Shown: positions 55,701 to 64,000 of the stretch, in pieces | Position numbering within the stretch: position 1 is the first letter of the stretch | Layout: each line of letters opens with the position of its first letter | Assembly (NCBI GenBank): GCA_002269645.1 | Contig: NIVC01002227.1 | Span: forward strand, 1,229-65,228 | DNA from: Macrostomum lignano | Taxonomy: Eukaryota | Length of the DNA: 64,000 bases | Direction: 5' to 3' | Position numbers and translations under genes: made by a program | Notes under the pieces: generated by a model | What the model was told of the DNA's origin: nothing | Seen by the model: the letters and a program-made list of their open reading frames with translations, nothing else | Database searches by the model: none

Positions 55701-58700
55701 GTGGAACTCCTTCGCGGTGTACGTGTAAGTGCACAAGCGCGTCTCTTGGGAGGCTGTAATCTCTTCATCTTCTAATTCGTCATCTTCTACGTCTACCGCT
55801 GCATCCTCCACAGTTTCGTTGTTAGCGTGGCAGATAAACTCGCCGTCATCATCGTAGTCGTCGCCGTCGTCGTCCTCATTGTCGTCTTGATCTGGGTCGC
55901 TGGATTCTTCTAGCGGAGACATTGGTGGCAATAAGAGTATGTACTTCATATTGGTGTTGAGGTGCCACTCAATCAGTCATTCTACTTCAAATCCCATCAT
56001 GAGGTGCCACTCAATCAGTCATTCTACTTCAAATCCCATCATGAGGCGCCTCTCAATCAGTCATTCTACTTCAAATCCCATCATGAGGTGCCACTCAATC
56101 AGTCATTCTACTTCAAATCCCATCATGAGGTGCCACTCAATCAGTCATTCTACTTCAAATCCCATCATGAGGCGCCTCTCAATCAGTCATTCTACTTCAA
56201 ATCCCATCATGAGGTGCCTCTCAATCAGTCATTCTACTTCAAATCCCATCATGAGGTGCCACTCAATCAGTCATTCTACTTCAAATCCCATCATGAGGTG
56301 CCTCTCAATCAGTCATTCTACTTCAAATCCCATCATGAGGTGCCACTCAGTCATTCTACTTCAAATCCCATCATGAGGTGCCACTCAATCAGTCATTCTA
56401 CTTTAAATCCCATCATGAGGCGCCTCTCAATCAGTCATTCTACTTCAAATCCCATCATGAGGTGCCACTCAATCAGTCATTCTACTTCAAATCCCATCAT
56501 GAGGTGCCACTCAATCAGTCATTCTACTTCAAATCCCATCATGAGGCGCCTCTCAATCAGTCATTCTACTTCAAATCCCATCATGAGGTGCCACTCAATC
56601 AGTCATTCTACTTCAAATCCCATCATGAGGCGCCTCTCAATTAGTCATTCTACTTCAAATCCCATCATGAGGCGCCTCTCAATCAGTCATTCTACTTCAA
56701 ATCCCATCATGAGGTGCCACTCAATCAGTCATTCTACTTCAAATCCCATCATGAGGTGCCACTCAATCAGTCATTCTATTCCAAATTTCATCATGAGGTG
56801 CCACTCAATCAGTCATTCTACTTCAAATCCCATCATGAGGTGCCACTCAATCAGTCATTCTATTCCAAATTTCATCATGAGGTGCCACTCAATCAGTCAT
56901 TCTACTCCAAATTTCATCATGAGGCGCCAATCAATCAGTCATTCTACTTCAAATCCCATCATGAGGTGCCTCTCAATCAGTCATTCTACTTCAAATCCCA
57001 TCATGAGGTGCCTCTCAATCAGTCATTCTACTTCAAATCCCATCATGAGGTGCCACTCAATCAGTCATTCTACTTTAAATCCCATCATAAGGTGCCACTC
57101 AATCAGTCATTCTACTTTAAATCCCATCATAAGGTGCCACTCAATCAGTCATTCTACTTCAAATCCCATCATGAGGTGCCACTCAATCAGTCATTCTACT
57201 TTAAATCCCATCATAAGGTGCCACTCAATCAGTCATTCTACTTCAAATCCCATCATGAGGTGCCTCTCAATCAGTCATTCTACTTCAAATCCCATCATGA
57301 GGTGCCACTCAATCAGTCATTCTACTTTAAATCCCATCATAAGGTGCCACTCAATCAGTCATTCTACTTCAAATCCCATCATGAGGTGCCTCTCAATCAG
57401 TCATTCTACTTCAAATCCCATCATGAGGTGCCACTCAATCAGTCATTCTACTTCAAATTTCCTGATGAGGTGCCACTCAATCAGTCATTCTACTTCAATT
57501 CCAGTTGCCAAAAAGTCGTCAGAGTCGTCTAAAAGTTACTTTAAGGGTTTTTTGTCTGCGACTCTGAAACGACTCTGGGGCCGTATCTGAGGCGTGCTTG
57601 AGTCGCTATAGAGTCGCTATAGTTGCATCTAAAGCGCATCTGCGTCACTTGATGAATTAGATTAAAATTTCGCATTCATTTGTCTACTTAAGTTAGTAGA
57701 AAGTTAAGCGTTAAAACAAAGACTCTTGGACGAATTTTTTCGCAACACTTTTAGGATCCTGAAACTCAAACTCAAGACTCAACAGTCGCCTCTCCATCGC
57801 ATTATAGTCGTTTGATCAATTGAAAAGTCACAAGAGCCGTTCAGGGTCGCCAGAGTCACTAGTGAGTTGTCTAACCATTCTAGTCACGGTAACGTTTTCA
57901 ACGGGCTCTCAATCAGACATTTCACAATTCAAAAATTCAAGAAACCGCGTCTATTCGAAAACCAATAAATCTACTCGACTCTCTTAAGAAAAAAATCATG
58001 CATTTGATCAACTACTCAAGTACCCACCGGATGCTTCAGACGCTCTCCTATCGGTTTTCTGCTGACCCTGTTTCAGTTTAGCTTTTTAGCCGAAGCTGAC
58101 TGAGCCCCCAGTACAGCTAGCAGGTCGCGTAGATAAGTCAGAATCTCTGTGACAGTCGCGTCTGGCAGTGGTTTCTCTTCGATATCTTTGGCAGCCTGAT
58201 TCAACCAGTCTAAGCACTGCCTAGCAACTGACCGATGCCCGGAGCCGCCATCGGCAAAGGCTAGTGTGACCAACACAGCTAAATAAGCCGGAAAATCTCC
58301 AGTACTATGCAGCATCCTAGCTGACGGAGTTTTCAATGCTAATAACTCTTTTAATAATCTTCTAGGAAGCTTAGACGGTAGGCGACGCGACTTGGACGAT
58401 TCTTTAACTAATAGTTCGGCAAACTGGGCCAGCTCTGATAGTTTAGTAGAACAGTCAGCTGTGAGCTTATCCTCTAGCCAAGATTGAATCATTTTATCGC
58501 TAACATCAGCAGCATTGTCGGCTAGAGATTTGCACAGGGCGGTTAACGGATGCTCCGGTGGGAAGCCGGAAGAGTCCTCCGAGCTGCCAGACTCGCTGCC
58601 AGATGGCAAGGCGTGCAATCTAGTTAATAGACGATTGAAAAAAGCCAAGGAATCCTGCGAGCCGAATAGTACAGCAGCTAGGCTGTCCGGTAACTGTTGA

Positions 58701-61700
58701 AATGTTGACTCTAGTAGTTTGACAGCGGAGCTATTGTTAGACGACAGCGTTGAGGTCATAAGAGCGATAGTGTCTCGTTGCATGGCCTTCCAAATAGGAT
58801 GATTTCTAGCTTCAACAGGCCAGGCGCTATGGCTAGCATGTGGATCAGTGAACAGATCGTGCAGCAGATTCGATAGGCAATGCAGCAACAGCAAGTCGTT
58901 GCCAGAGTCGCCGCCTATTAAAGAGAGCGCAGCCTCGTGAATTGGTCGATAGGCGTAGCCGAGACGAATAGCGGCTAGTCTGGGCACGCCGCCAACCTTG
59001 GTTAGTACCGACTGAGTTGATGGCCACCAATGCTGCAGAGAGCGCAACAGACGGCCAACGCTACAAAGCAGACGTTTATAAGACAGACAGGCTGGGCCAG
59101 TCGCCGAGGACTCAGACAAGTGCAGCAGCACAGTCTGCTCCATCAGCGAGTGGGCCGGCGTACTACCAGACTGCTGCTGACAGCCTCTACCGTCTAAAGC
59201 ATCGTAGACGTCCATGTTCCGCCGAATGTGCTCGGGTAGACAAGCGGAAGAGTCCTTGAACCCGCCTGGGCCGGACAATATAGCCAACAATCGGCGGCAT
59301 AATTGCAATTCGTAATCGGCTAAGCCGCAATGCTGACTATCTGTCTGCACTAGCCAATCAATTATGGCTTGGCCGCACAATTCCGCAATGTCTATAAGCG
59401 GCTGACGCAATCGATTAGCGCAGGCAAGCACGCTGGCTGGCGTGTCCGCCGACGACAGCTTGGCGAGTGCAACCACCTGGAGAATGTGGGGACGAATTTG
59501 CAATTATCTGGCTACCAATTGGCTCAGAGCAGTCACGTGACAAGTTAAACGCAATAACTAATGAGAATGAGATTTTTTGATTACAGACGAGTTTACCGCA
59601 GAAGTTTTGGCACCCTGGCGCACTTTAAGCGCATTCTGCGGACTCCCCTGAGCAGGCACACAAGCGCGCGGATATGTACGCAGTCACACGCGCAGGCACA
59701 CACTCACACAGGAGTGTACAGCGGCCCTAAATTTATTTATCGTTAGGCATGTACACTTCACAGTGCCTTGGGAGTTGGCTCTCAAGGCCGTTAATTGCAC
59801 AAGCAGAGCCAAGCCGAGATTCCAATTTAGCCCTAACTTAAAGTGACTGCACTAGGAATCGAGCCTGGGCCGCTGGCACATCAGAGCGTCGCGCAGGCCC
59901 CCTCAGCCCTAGATTTTCGAACCTGTGGCGTGCAAGTTTCGAAAATCTTGACACCAAAAGTACAAACCTTTCCACCCGAAGCTGACACCAGCCGACGAGA
60001 CGAGCTGGCGGTCGATTCCGAGTCGTCGCCGCCTTCGCCGCCAGATCTTAGATCGGAGAAAATCGCCGACAGGCAAGCAACCGAGGCGTCTAGCATAGCA
60101 ACTGGTAGAGGATTCCCGCAGCTATTACTATTAGTAGATTCGCCTAATTTTACGTCCTTAAAATAGCTTTCCACATAGGCAGTCAGGGCGGCCAAAGTGC
60201 CGCAGGCGGATAATTTCTCTTCGAATAGGGCGTCGATCCAAGCCTGACCTGTAGATTTGGCCAGATTAGAGAACACCTGTCGCCTGGCAGTGAAATAGCG
60301 ACTATTTAGCTGGGCAACGCAGTAGAGATCGAATCTGTCAGCTAGAATATCACCGCTAGGCGGCTCAAGTCCGCCGGAGTCGCAGGTGCGAAGAAACCAA
60401 CCAGATGGCGGCAGCAGGTTCAATAGTCGATTAGCGGCGCGCCAATGATATTCGAGGCGCGCATCGAATCGGGTCGATAGTCGGCCGTACTATTATTTGA
60501 CAGAGCGTTAACACGCCAGGTTAGGCGTAGCAAGCCTAAACAGGCCGAATAGATCTGATCGTAAGTATCCGGGTTGGACATGAGACAGTCTAGCGCTAGA
60601 TTATCCGGCTTACTAACTGAAGGCGCCGGGACTGGCGGCAGTTCGTAATAAAGCAACCGATTTGCCAAATCTTCGTCCGAGGCCACGGCGGCCAGTGTTC
60701 CACACGAGGCAGAGTCGGCGGCTGTAGCAGCGGCAACAGTCGCCTGCGAACTGGTTGGCCTAAGAAATTGGCCAAAGAATGAATACCTTAACTGTCGCAT
60801 CAAATTGTCTGGCGGATCGTAATAATACTGCACAAACGACGCCATCAGTAGGCAGAGACGACTAATTGGCAACGGATTTAACAGCTGCGTCGGTTTCTTC
60901 GGCACCGACGATACCAACTGGCAGAAGAGATTAACGGTTAAATTCAGCGCCTCTCGACGCTGTTGTCGGGCAAAGAACAATAGTTGCATCAGTTGGGCAA
61001 CCTCCGGCCCGAGATCCGAGGCGCCGCTACCGCTAGAGGCCAATTGATTCGGCCAGGTGTACAATAGTTCGGCATTTCTAGCTAGCCAACCGGTGCTTAA
61101 ACTGGCAAACAGTCTCAGCCAGAGACTATCCAGCAATTTGCGATCCTCCGCCCCTGTAGATCTGCCAGCTTCTAGGCGAAGAAATATCACTTGAACTGCA
61201 ACAGACAGAGAGCGCCAACTTGAGCGCAACGGTAACGGCTGGTTCGATGCATCAATAGGAAAGCCAACAGCGGCGGACAGACTGCTGCGAAACTGATCCG
61301 TCTGACCCGTCGGGCACTCAGTCAGCAACGAGTGCAGGCAGCGGTGAAAAGCTACTGACGCTGAGCTCAGAGCCGACTGCAGCGAATTTGATAGACCAGT
61401 TGGCCAAGCATCGAAATTCGATAATATGCCAGCAATTGTGGCTGGCGATAGAGGCTGCGGCTTCTGAGCCTGCTGAACAGGCGATAGACAAGCGATTAGG
61501 CGACAGAGTTTTTCTACAACTAGCAACAGTTCGGAGGGCTGAGGCTGCGCTAGTGTCACACTTTGCTGCTGTGGCTGCTTCTGTTGCTGCTGTTGCGACG
61601 ATTTCTGCTTCTGCTGTTGTTCATTCGTGGCCTCTTCAAAAACGTTGCCAAACAATAGGCCGCCAGTTGAGTCGCTATCGTCAGACGAGGCGGACGAATC

Positions 61701-63359
61701 GCCGGCAGATGAAGACGATGAAGATGAAGGAGGCTGAGCGGAGACGCTACCGCTAGACAGAGGCACGGCAAGGCGCTGCTGCTGCTGGCGCGGCTGCGGC
61801 GCCTGCAACTGTTGGCTCGCAGTTTCAAGCGCCGAGCGCAGATACAGATCCAACAGTTCCAACAGGCACTGGCAAGAAGCCACATTGGCTAATAACCCGC
61901 GCAATCTCTCGGGCGAATGATAAGCGTCTAGCGGACGAAGGTCAGCCACCGATGACGAAGCGGAAGATTCTGCTGAATTGGCTCCGGTCAGCAGCAGTGA
62001 CGGACTGTCTAGCAGAGCTTTTAACGACCGCGAGACGGCTAAAAGACCCGCTGGACCTAGAAGCAGCTGGTGCTGCTGAGTTTGCTGGGTCTGGCGCCCT
62101 AGCATAAACTGCACGGCTCCATTTAAGCCTAGGGCGCCGCAGGCGAAGCGGAGATTGCGCCTAGCAAACACAGCGCCATCTCCATCGGCGGCGCTAACAG
62201 ACGACGACTCTAAAAGTCGGTCGACAATTCGCCAGGCGGCTGAGATCAAAGCGACTGAGTCTGCGGTAGCTTGGCTGGTTGACGCCGAAGATTCTTCTTG
62301 AGCACTAGAAGCCGTTTGTTGTTGCTGATGGGAATCGGGCCGGCCAGCCCAGGCGGTCAAGGCGGCAAACTGGGCTGCGATGGCCAATTCTATCAGCTTT
62401 ACAGCAACGGCACCGCCGGCGCTAACGGCGCCAATTGCCACGCCGAGCGACACGATTCGATCTACCAAGTCAAGCTCGATTAGAAGCTGCTTGGCTGGCA
62501 AACTAGCAGCTGCTTTGGTAGTAGCCGAGGACGACGCTGTCGAGAAGAAGCTGACTGCAACGGTGCCGCCGTACGATAAGCAGTTTAGTCGGCTTTTTGC
62601 GCACTCCAGCAGGCGTTCGACAACGCCTAGGCTGTACGCGACAGCGCGACAGCGAGCTAAAACAGCGGCTCGAACAGTCGGATTAGCGTCATCAGCGTAT
62701 TCAAAATTCGCGGCAACCTCCTCCGATGTGGTTTTAGCCGCAGTGGACTTAGCAGTGGCAGCGGTTTCGTCATCAGCTATTTGCTCGTTGAGGAATTCCT
62801 CAATGGCGTTGGCGTACACTCGAGTGTCGCGATCCAGTCGGCCAGTCAAATTCGCCAGGTCAAAGCGGCCGCCGCAGTCTCAGGCAGAGGCCCCGACGTT
62901 GCCGACGAGGAAGTTGAAGCGATGACGGATTTCGCTGCAGTCAGATCGTCGGCTGATAACCCGCCAACGCCGCGGCACAGTAAGTTAAGCGTAGCAACAA
63001 CATCCGCCTGTTGGGATTATTGAATATTCTTACATATAGTAAATATACAAAGCCTACTTGTATGCAAATAATATACAAACTTACAAAGTCATTATCTGGC
63101 GACAGAAGCTGAACCAAATTGTTGACAAGGGCCGAAAAAGCAGATAAGATGATCTTTAAATCGGAGCTGTTAGCTGAAATTTGATATTTTAAAATATGAA
63201 ATTTTAATAATTTTGGACGCACACTTGAAATAGACAACATAGTGTAGTTGCAATAACAAAAAAATCTTACCTCTTAGAGCAGAGTCGTAGAGCTCGTGAC
63301 AGGCAACAATTACCAGCTCCTTTCTCATTGGAAAGTTGACAAAGTAGCTTTTCCAGTCC
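20479..63359 (-). CDS. UBR4: E3/E4 ubiquitin ligase UBR4 (p600/Poe/BIG family), about 5,390 codons in 26 visible exons; 4 frameshifts in this sequence; start codon not resolved
   Basis: Exons: 63271-63359, 63085-63173, 59968-63007, 58028-59476, 55041-55909, 53408-53776, 52574-53044, 51052-51672, 49556-50413, 47659-48585, 45497-46521, 43929-44859, 42460-42974, 41308-41789, 39619-39877, 38496-38891, 37004-37342, 35988-36350, 35043-35537, 32113-32358, 30654-31103, 29336-29884, 27785-28110, 22827-23079, 21445-22117, 20479-20555. All GT-AG; phases match except three exons that are short by 1-2 nt. UBR box, Cys-rich domain, '[14 protein letters not shown]', '[21 protein letters not shown]', hemiRING motifs, C-terminus '[17 protein letters not shown]'; AATAAA at 20395-20400. 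Confidence 0.95.
20575..21385. repeat. Compound 22-24-bp minisatellite, last UBR4 intron
   Basis: Three successive related units, read directly. Confidence 0.92.
21445..28110 (-). CDS. UBR4: UBR4 C-terminal hemiRING/UZI exons (27785-28110, 22827-23079, 21445-22117)
   Basis: '[16 protein letters not shown]', 'TVIHIECH', '[10 protein letters not shown]', '[17 protein letters not shown]'. Confidence 0.93.
22140..22750. repeat. 28-bp repeat (GACTGATGATGATGCAGAGTGAGACTGT) split by a SINE
   Basis: Array at 22140-22420 resumes at 22690-22750. Confidence 0.9.
22427..22688 (-). mobile_element. 5'-truncated copy of the same SINE
   Basis: Near-identical to the 3' half of 54152-54509; ends in a triplicated 22-mer (AAGCGGCCCTAACTTTATTTTT); interrupts a 28-bp minisatellite. 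Confidence 0.8.
23130..27730. repeat. TGTC/GTGTCTGTCTTA compound microsatellite (23130-23773 and 26415-27730) interrupted by the CACTA-like element
   Basis: Direct reading. Confidence 0.95.
23774..26414. mobile_element. Non-autonomous CACTA/EnSpm (CMC)-like DNA transposon, 2641 bp, in a UBR4 intron
   Basis: Imperfect TIR of about 27 bp (CCCGACCGGAAATAATTGTTCTTTAAA vs reverse complement of right end CCCGACCGAAAATATTTGTCCTTTCAA); 2-bp TSD CT (23772-73, 26415-16); removal restores the flanking microsatellite unit CTGAGTGTGTCTGTCTTAG; dense TGTGCCA/TGGCACA subterminal motifs at both ends. No transposase recognised. Confidence 0.8.
28290..29305. repeat. (ACT)n/(ACC)/(GCT) trinucleotide array
   Basis: Direct reading; intronic. 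Confidence 0.96.
29955..30645. repeat. 28-bp minisatellite (GGAGGCTGGCCCAGCAACTGAGGATCTG), array A
   Basis: Direct reading. Confidence 0.96.
31130..32075. repeat. 36-bp minisatellite (GGGTTCGATTCTTGAAAACTGAGTAACGGAAGTCAC), about 26 copies
   Basis: Direct reading; no spacers. Confidence 0.96.
32460..35005. repeat. 31-bp repeat grading into 23/24-bp repeat (TATTGACACCAATCCTGACACT..)
   Basis: Direct reading. Confidence 0.95.
35585..35900. repeat. Diverged repeat of about 20 bp (ATGACTCATTCTGACA..)
   Basis: Direct reading. Confidence 0.8.
36500..36880. repeat. 67-bp tandem repeat, about 5 copies
   Basis: GATCAAGGAT recurs at 36541 and 36608, and onward. Confidence 0.9.
37490..38350. repeat. 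52-bp (2x26) minisatellite (GATTCTTAGAAAGGGGCTTTAAAATGTGATTCTTGGAAAACGGCTTCACGAT)
   Basis: Direct reading. Confidence 0.93.
38985..39585. repeat. (GACA)n microsatellite
   Basis: Direct reading. Confidence 0.96.
39960..41240. repeat. (TGAG/TGAA)n microsatellite with higher-order block duplication
   Basis: Direct reading. Confidence 0.95.
41308..41789 (-). CDS. UBR4: UBR4 exon encoding the Cys-rich zinc-binding domain
   Basis: '[47 protein letters not shown]'. Confidence 0.95.
41828..42350. repeat. 21-bp repeat (GAGTGTCAGAGTGGGTATTTT)
   Basis: Direct reading. Confidence 0.95.
43100..43785. repeat. 12-bp GACAGTTGGTCA repeat followed by (GACA)n
   Basis: Direct reading. Confidence 0.94.
44975..45350. 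repeat. 21-bp repeat (AAAATCTCATACCGTAGTCTC)
   Basis: Direct reading. Confidence 0.92.
46597..47592. repeat. 28-bp minisatellite, array B (same unit as 29955-30645)
   Basis: Direct reading. Confidence 0.96.
48950..49505 (+). repeat. Interstitial telomere-like array (TTAGGG variants in 32-44-bp units)
   Basis: Unit AGAGCTTGTGCCTTAGGGTTAGGGTTTAGGTTAGGGTCGGGGTT. Confidence 0.92.
50525..50820 (-). mobile_element. CORE-type tRNA SINE
   Basis: Minus strand: A box TAGACTAGTGG, B box GGTTCGAATCT, then GTCCTTAAGCAAGACACTTTACTCTGCATTGCTTCAGTTCACCCAGCTGTAAAATGGG, matching the recalled CORE/MIR consensus. Confidence 0.75.
50830..50990. repeat. 21-bp repeat (ATGAGCACTATCTATATAATT)
   Basis: Direct reading. 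Confidence 0.9.
51865..52410. repeat. 79-81-bp tandem repeat, about 7 copies
   Basis: AGACGGACG recurs at 51942, 52023, 52102, 52181, 52262. Confidence 0.92.
53110..53375. repeat. 21-bp repeat (AGCAGCTGACAATGATGGGTC)
   Basis: Direct reading. Confidence 0.85.
54152..54509 (-). mobile_element. Full-length tRNA-derived SINE
   Basis: tRNA-like head with A box (TAGCCAGCGG) and B box (GGCTCGATTCC), unique body, AATAAAAAAA tail, flanked by CCCCCCT(A/G)CAGCCA direct repeat (TSD). Confidence 0.85.
55041..55909 (-). CDS. UBR4: UBR4 exon encoding the UBR-box zinc finger
   Basis: '[60 protein letters not shown]'. Confidence 0.97.
55960..57497. repeat. 42-bp minisatellite (ATGAGGTGCCACTCAATCAGTCATTCTACTTCAAATCCCATC), about 36 copies
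   Basis: Direct reading. Confidence 0.97.
59608..59915 (-). mobile_element. Second, internally deleted and diverged copy of the same SINE
   Basis: Shares GGCTCGATTCC head and body with 54152-54509; internal deletion and lost tail. Confidence 0.8.
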
Positions 63360-64000
63360 CTAGACAATGATGCAGCAATTCATAATATTATGCTAACTAA
63401 AAATATGTAAAATAGCACAAAACTTAGTAGATTCTAAGCTCCATTTTTAAGTCTATTGACTACTTGGAATCATGATTTAAATTGCCCATTATATTGCAAC
63501 AAATTCAAATCAATAAACAATTCATCTGGTCTTTTTTCTTATTATCTCTGCTTTTCAGCTTTTGGTTATAAATTTTGCAATTTATCTTTAGTCTAGAATA
63601 ATTGCATATGTATTTTAGGGGTACAATAATATTGTATAAAACTAGAATCAATTTTATATTTTATTTCAATGTACCAGGTACTAAAACTATTTCAATTTTG
63701 AAGTTCAATAAAAACTTTAACATCATATACATAGCTAATAAACTTAAATCAATGTCTCAACACAAGATTCTAGAGTCTAATACCAAGTGATAGAATATAA
63801 AAACATAAAAGCAAAAAGCAAAAAACCAAATGTCAGAAAAACCAAAAAAAAATTTTTGTTGCTCATTTTAAAAGAATAAACATAAGAATCATAGAATAAA
63901 ATAATAAATTAGAATAGCAATGCAAGTACAGATTGAGTTTATATAATAATATAATTAAAATGTTATGACTTTTTATTTAAAAGAAATTACTAAGTTTATT

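Larger units (their letters stand above)
54640..57860. repeat. Diverged dispersed repeat family (AGAGTCG/CGACTCT-rich): copies at about 54640-54990 and 57500-57860, short related piece near 14870-14925
   Basis: Shared blocks TTGTCT(A/G)CGACTCTG, TTAGTAGAAAGT..AAGCG, AAAAGTCACAAGAG in direct orientation. Confidence 0.5.

Noticed and set aside
58080-58090. Programmed -1 ribosomal frameshift signal
   Set aside because: T AAA AAG is not a canonical slippery heptamer, no downstream structure is evident, and the other three sites have no slippery sequence.

Overview
Eukaryotic, intron-rich, GT-AG spliced genomic DNA. The GC-rich exons and introns packed with unrelated micro- and minisatellites suggest a free-living flatworm such as Macrostomum; this is inference, with no database check. 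Four protein genes can be assembled by hand. (1) A 4-exon opsin-type GPCR (+, 3935-8830) that keeps the retinal-binding Lys but lacks the usual counterion and has degenerate signalling motifs. (2) A single-coding-exon insulin-like preprohormone with 12 Cys in the proprotein (-, 9503-10060). (3) RNA 3'-terminal phosphate cyclase RTCA (-, 5 coding exons, 13891-18346). (4) The giant E3/E4 ligase UBR4 (-, 26 visible exons, 20479-63359, about 5,390 codons, 5' end unresolved), which carries four single-base-loss frameshifts in this sequence. UBR4 introns hold a 2.64-kb CACTA/EnSpm-like element with TIRs and a 2-bp TSD, three copies of one tRNA-derived SINE, a CORE-type SINE, an interstitial telomere-like array, a Pol III B-box array, and about 20 different tandem-repeat families. 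Several of those repeat units contain transcription-factor consensus motifs. Most long ORFs in the supplied track are translations of repeats. No rRNA, intact tRNA or CRISPR array was found.
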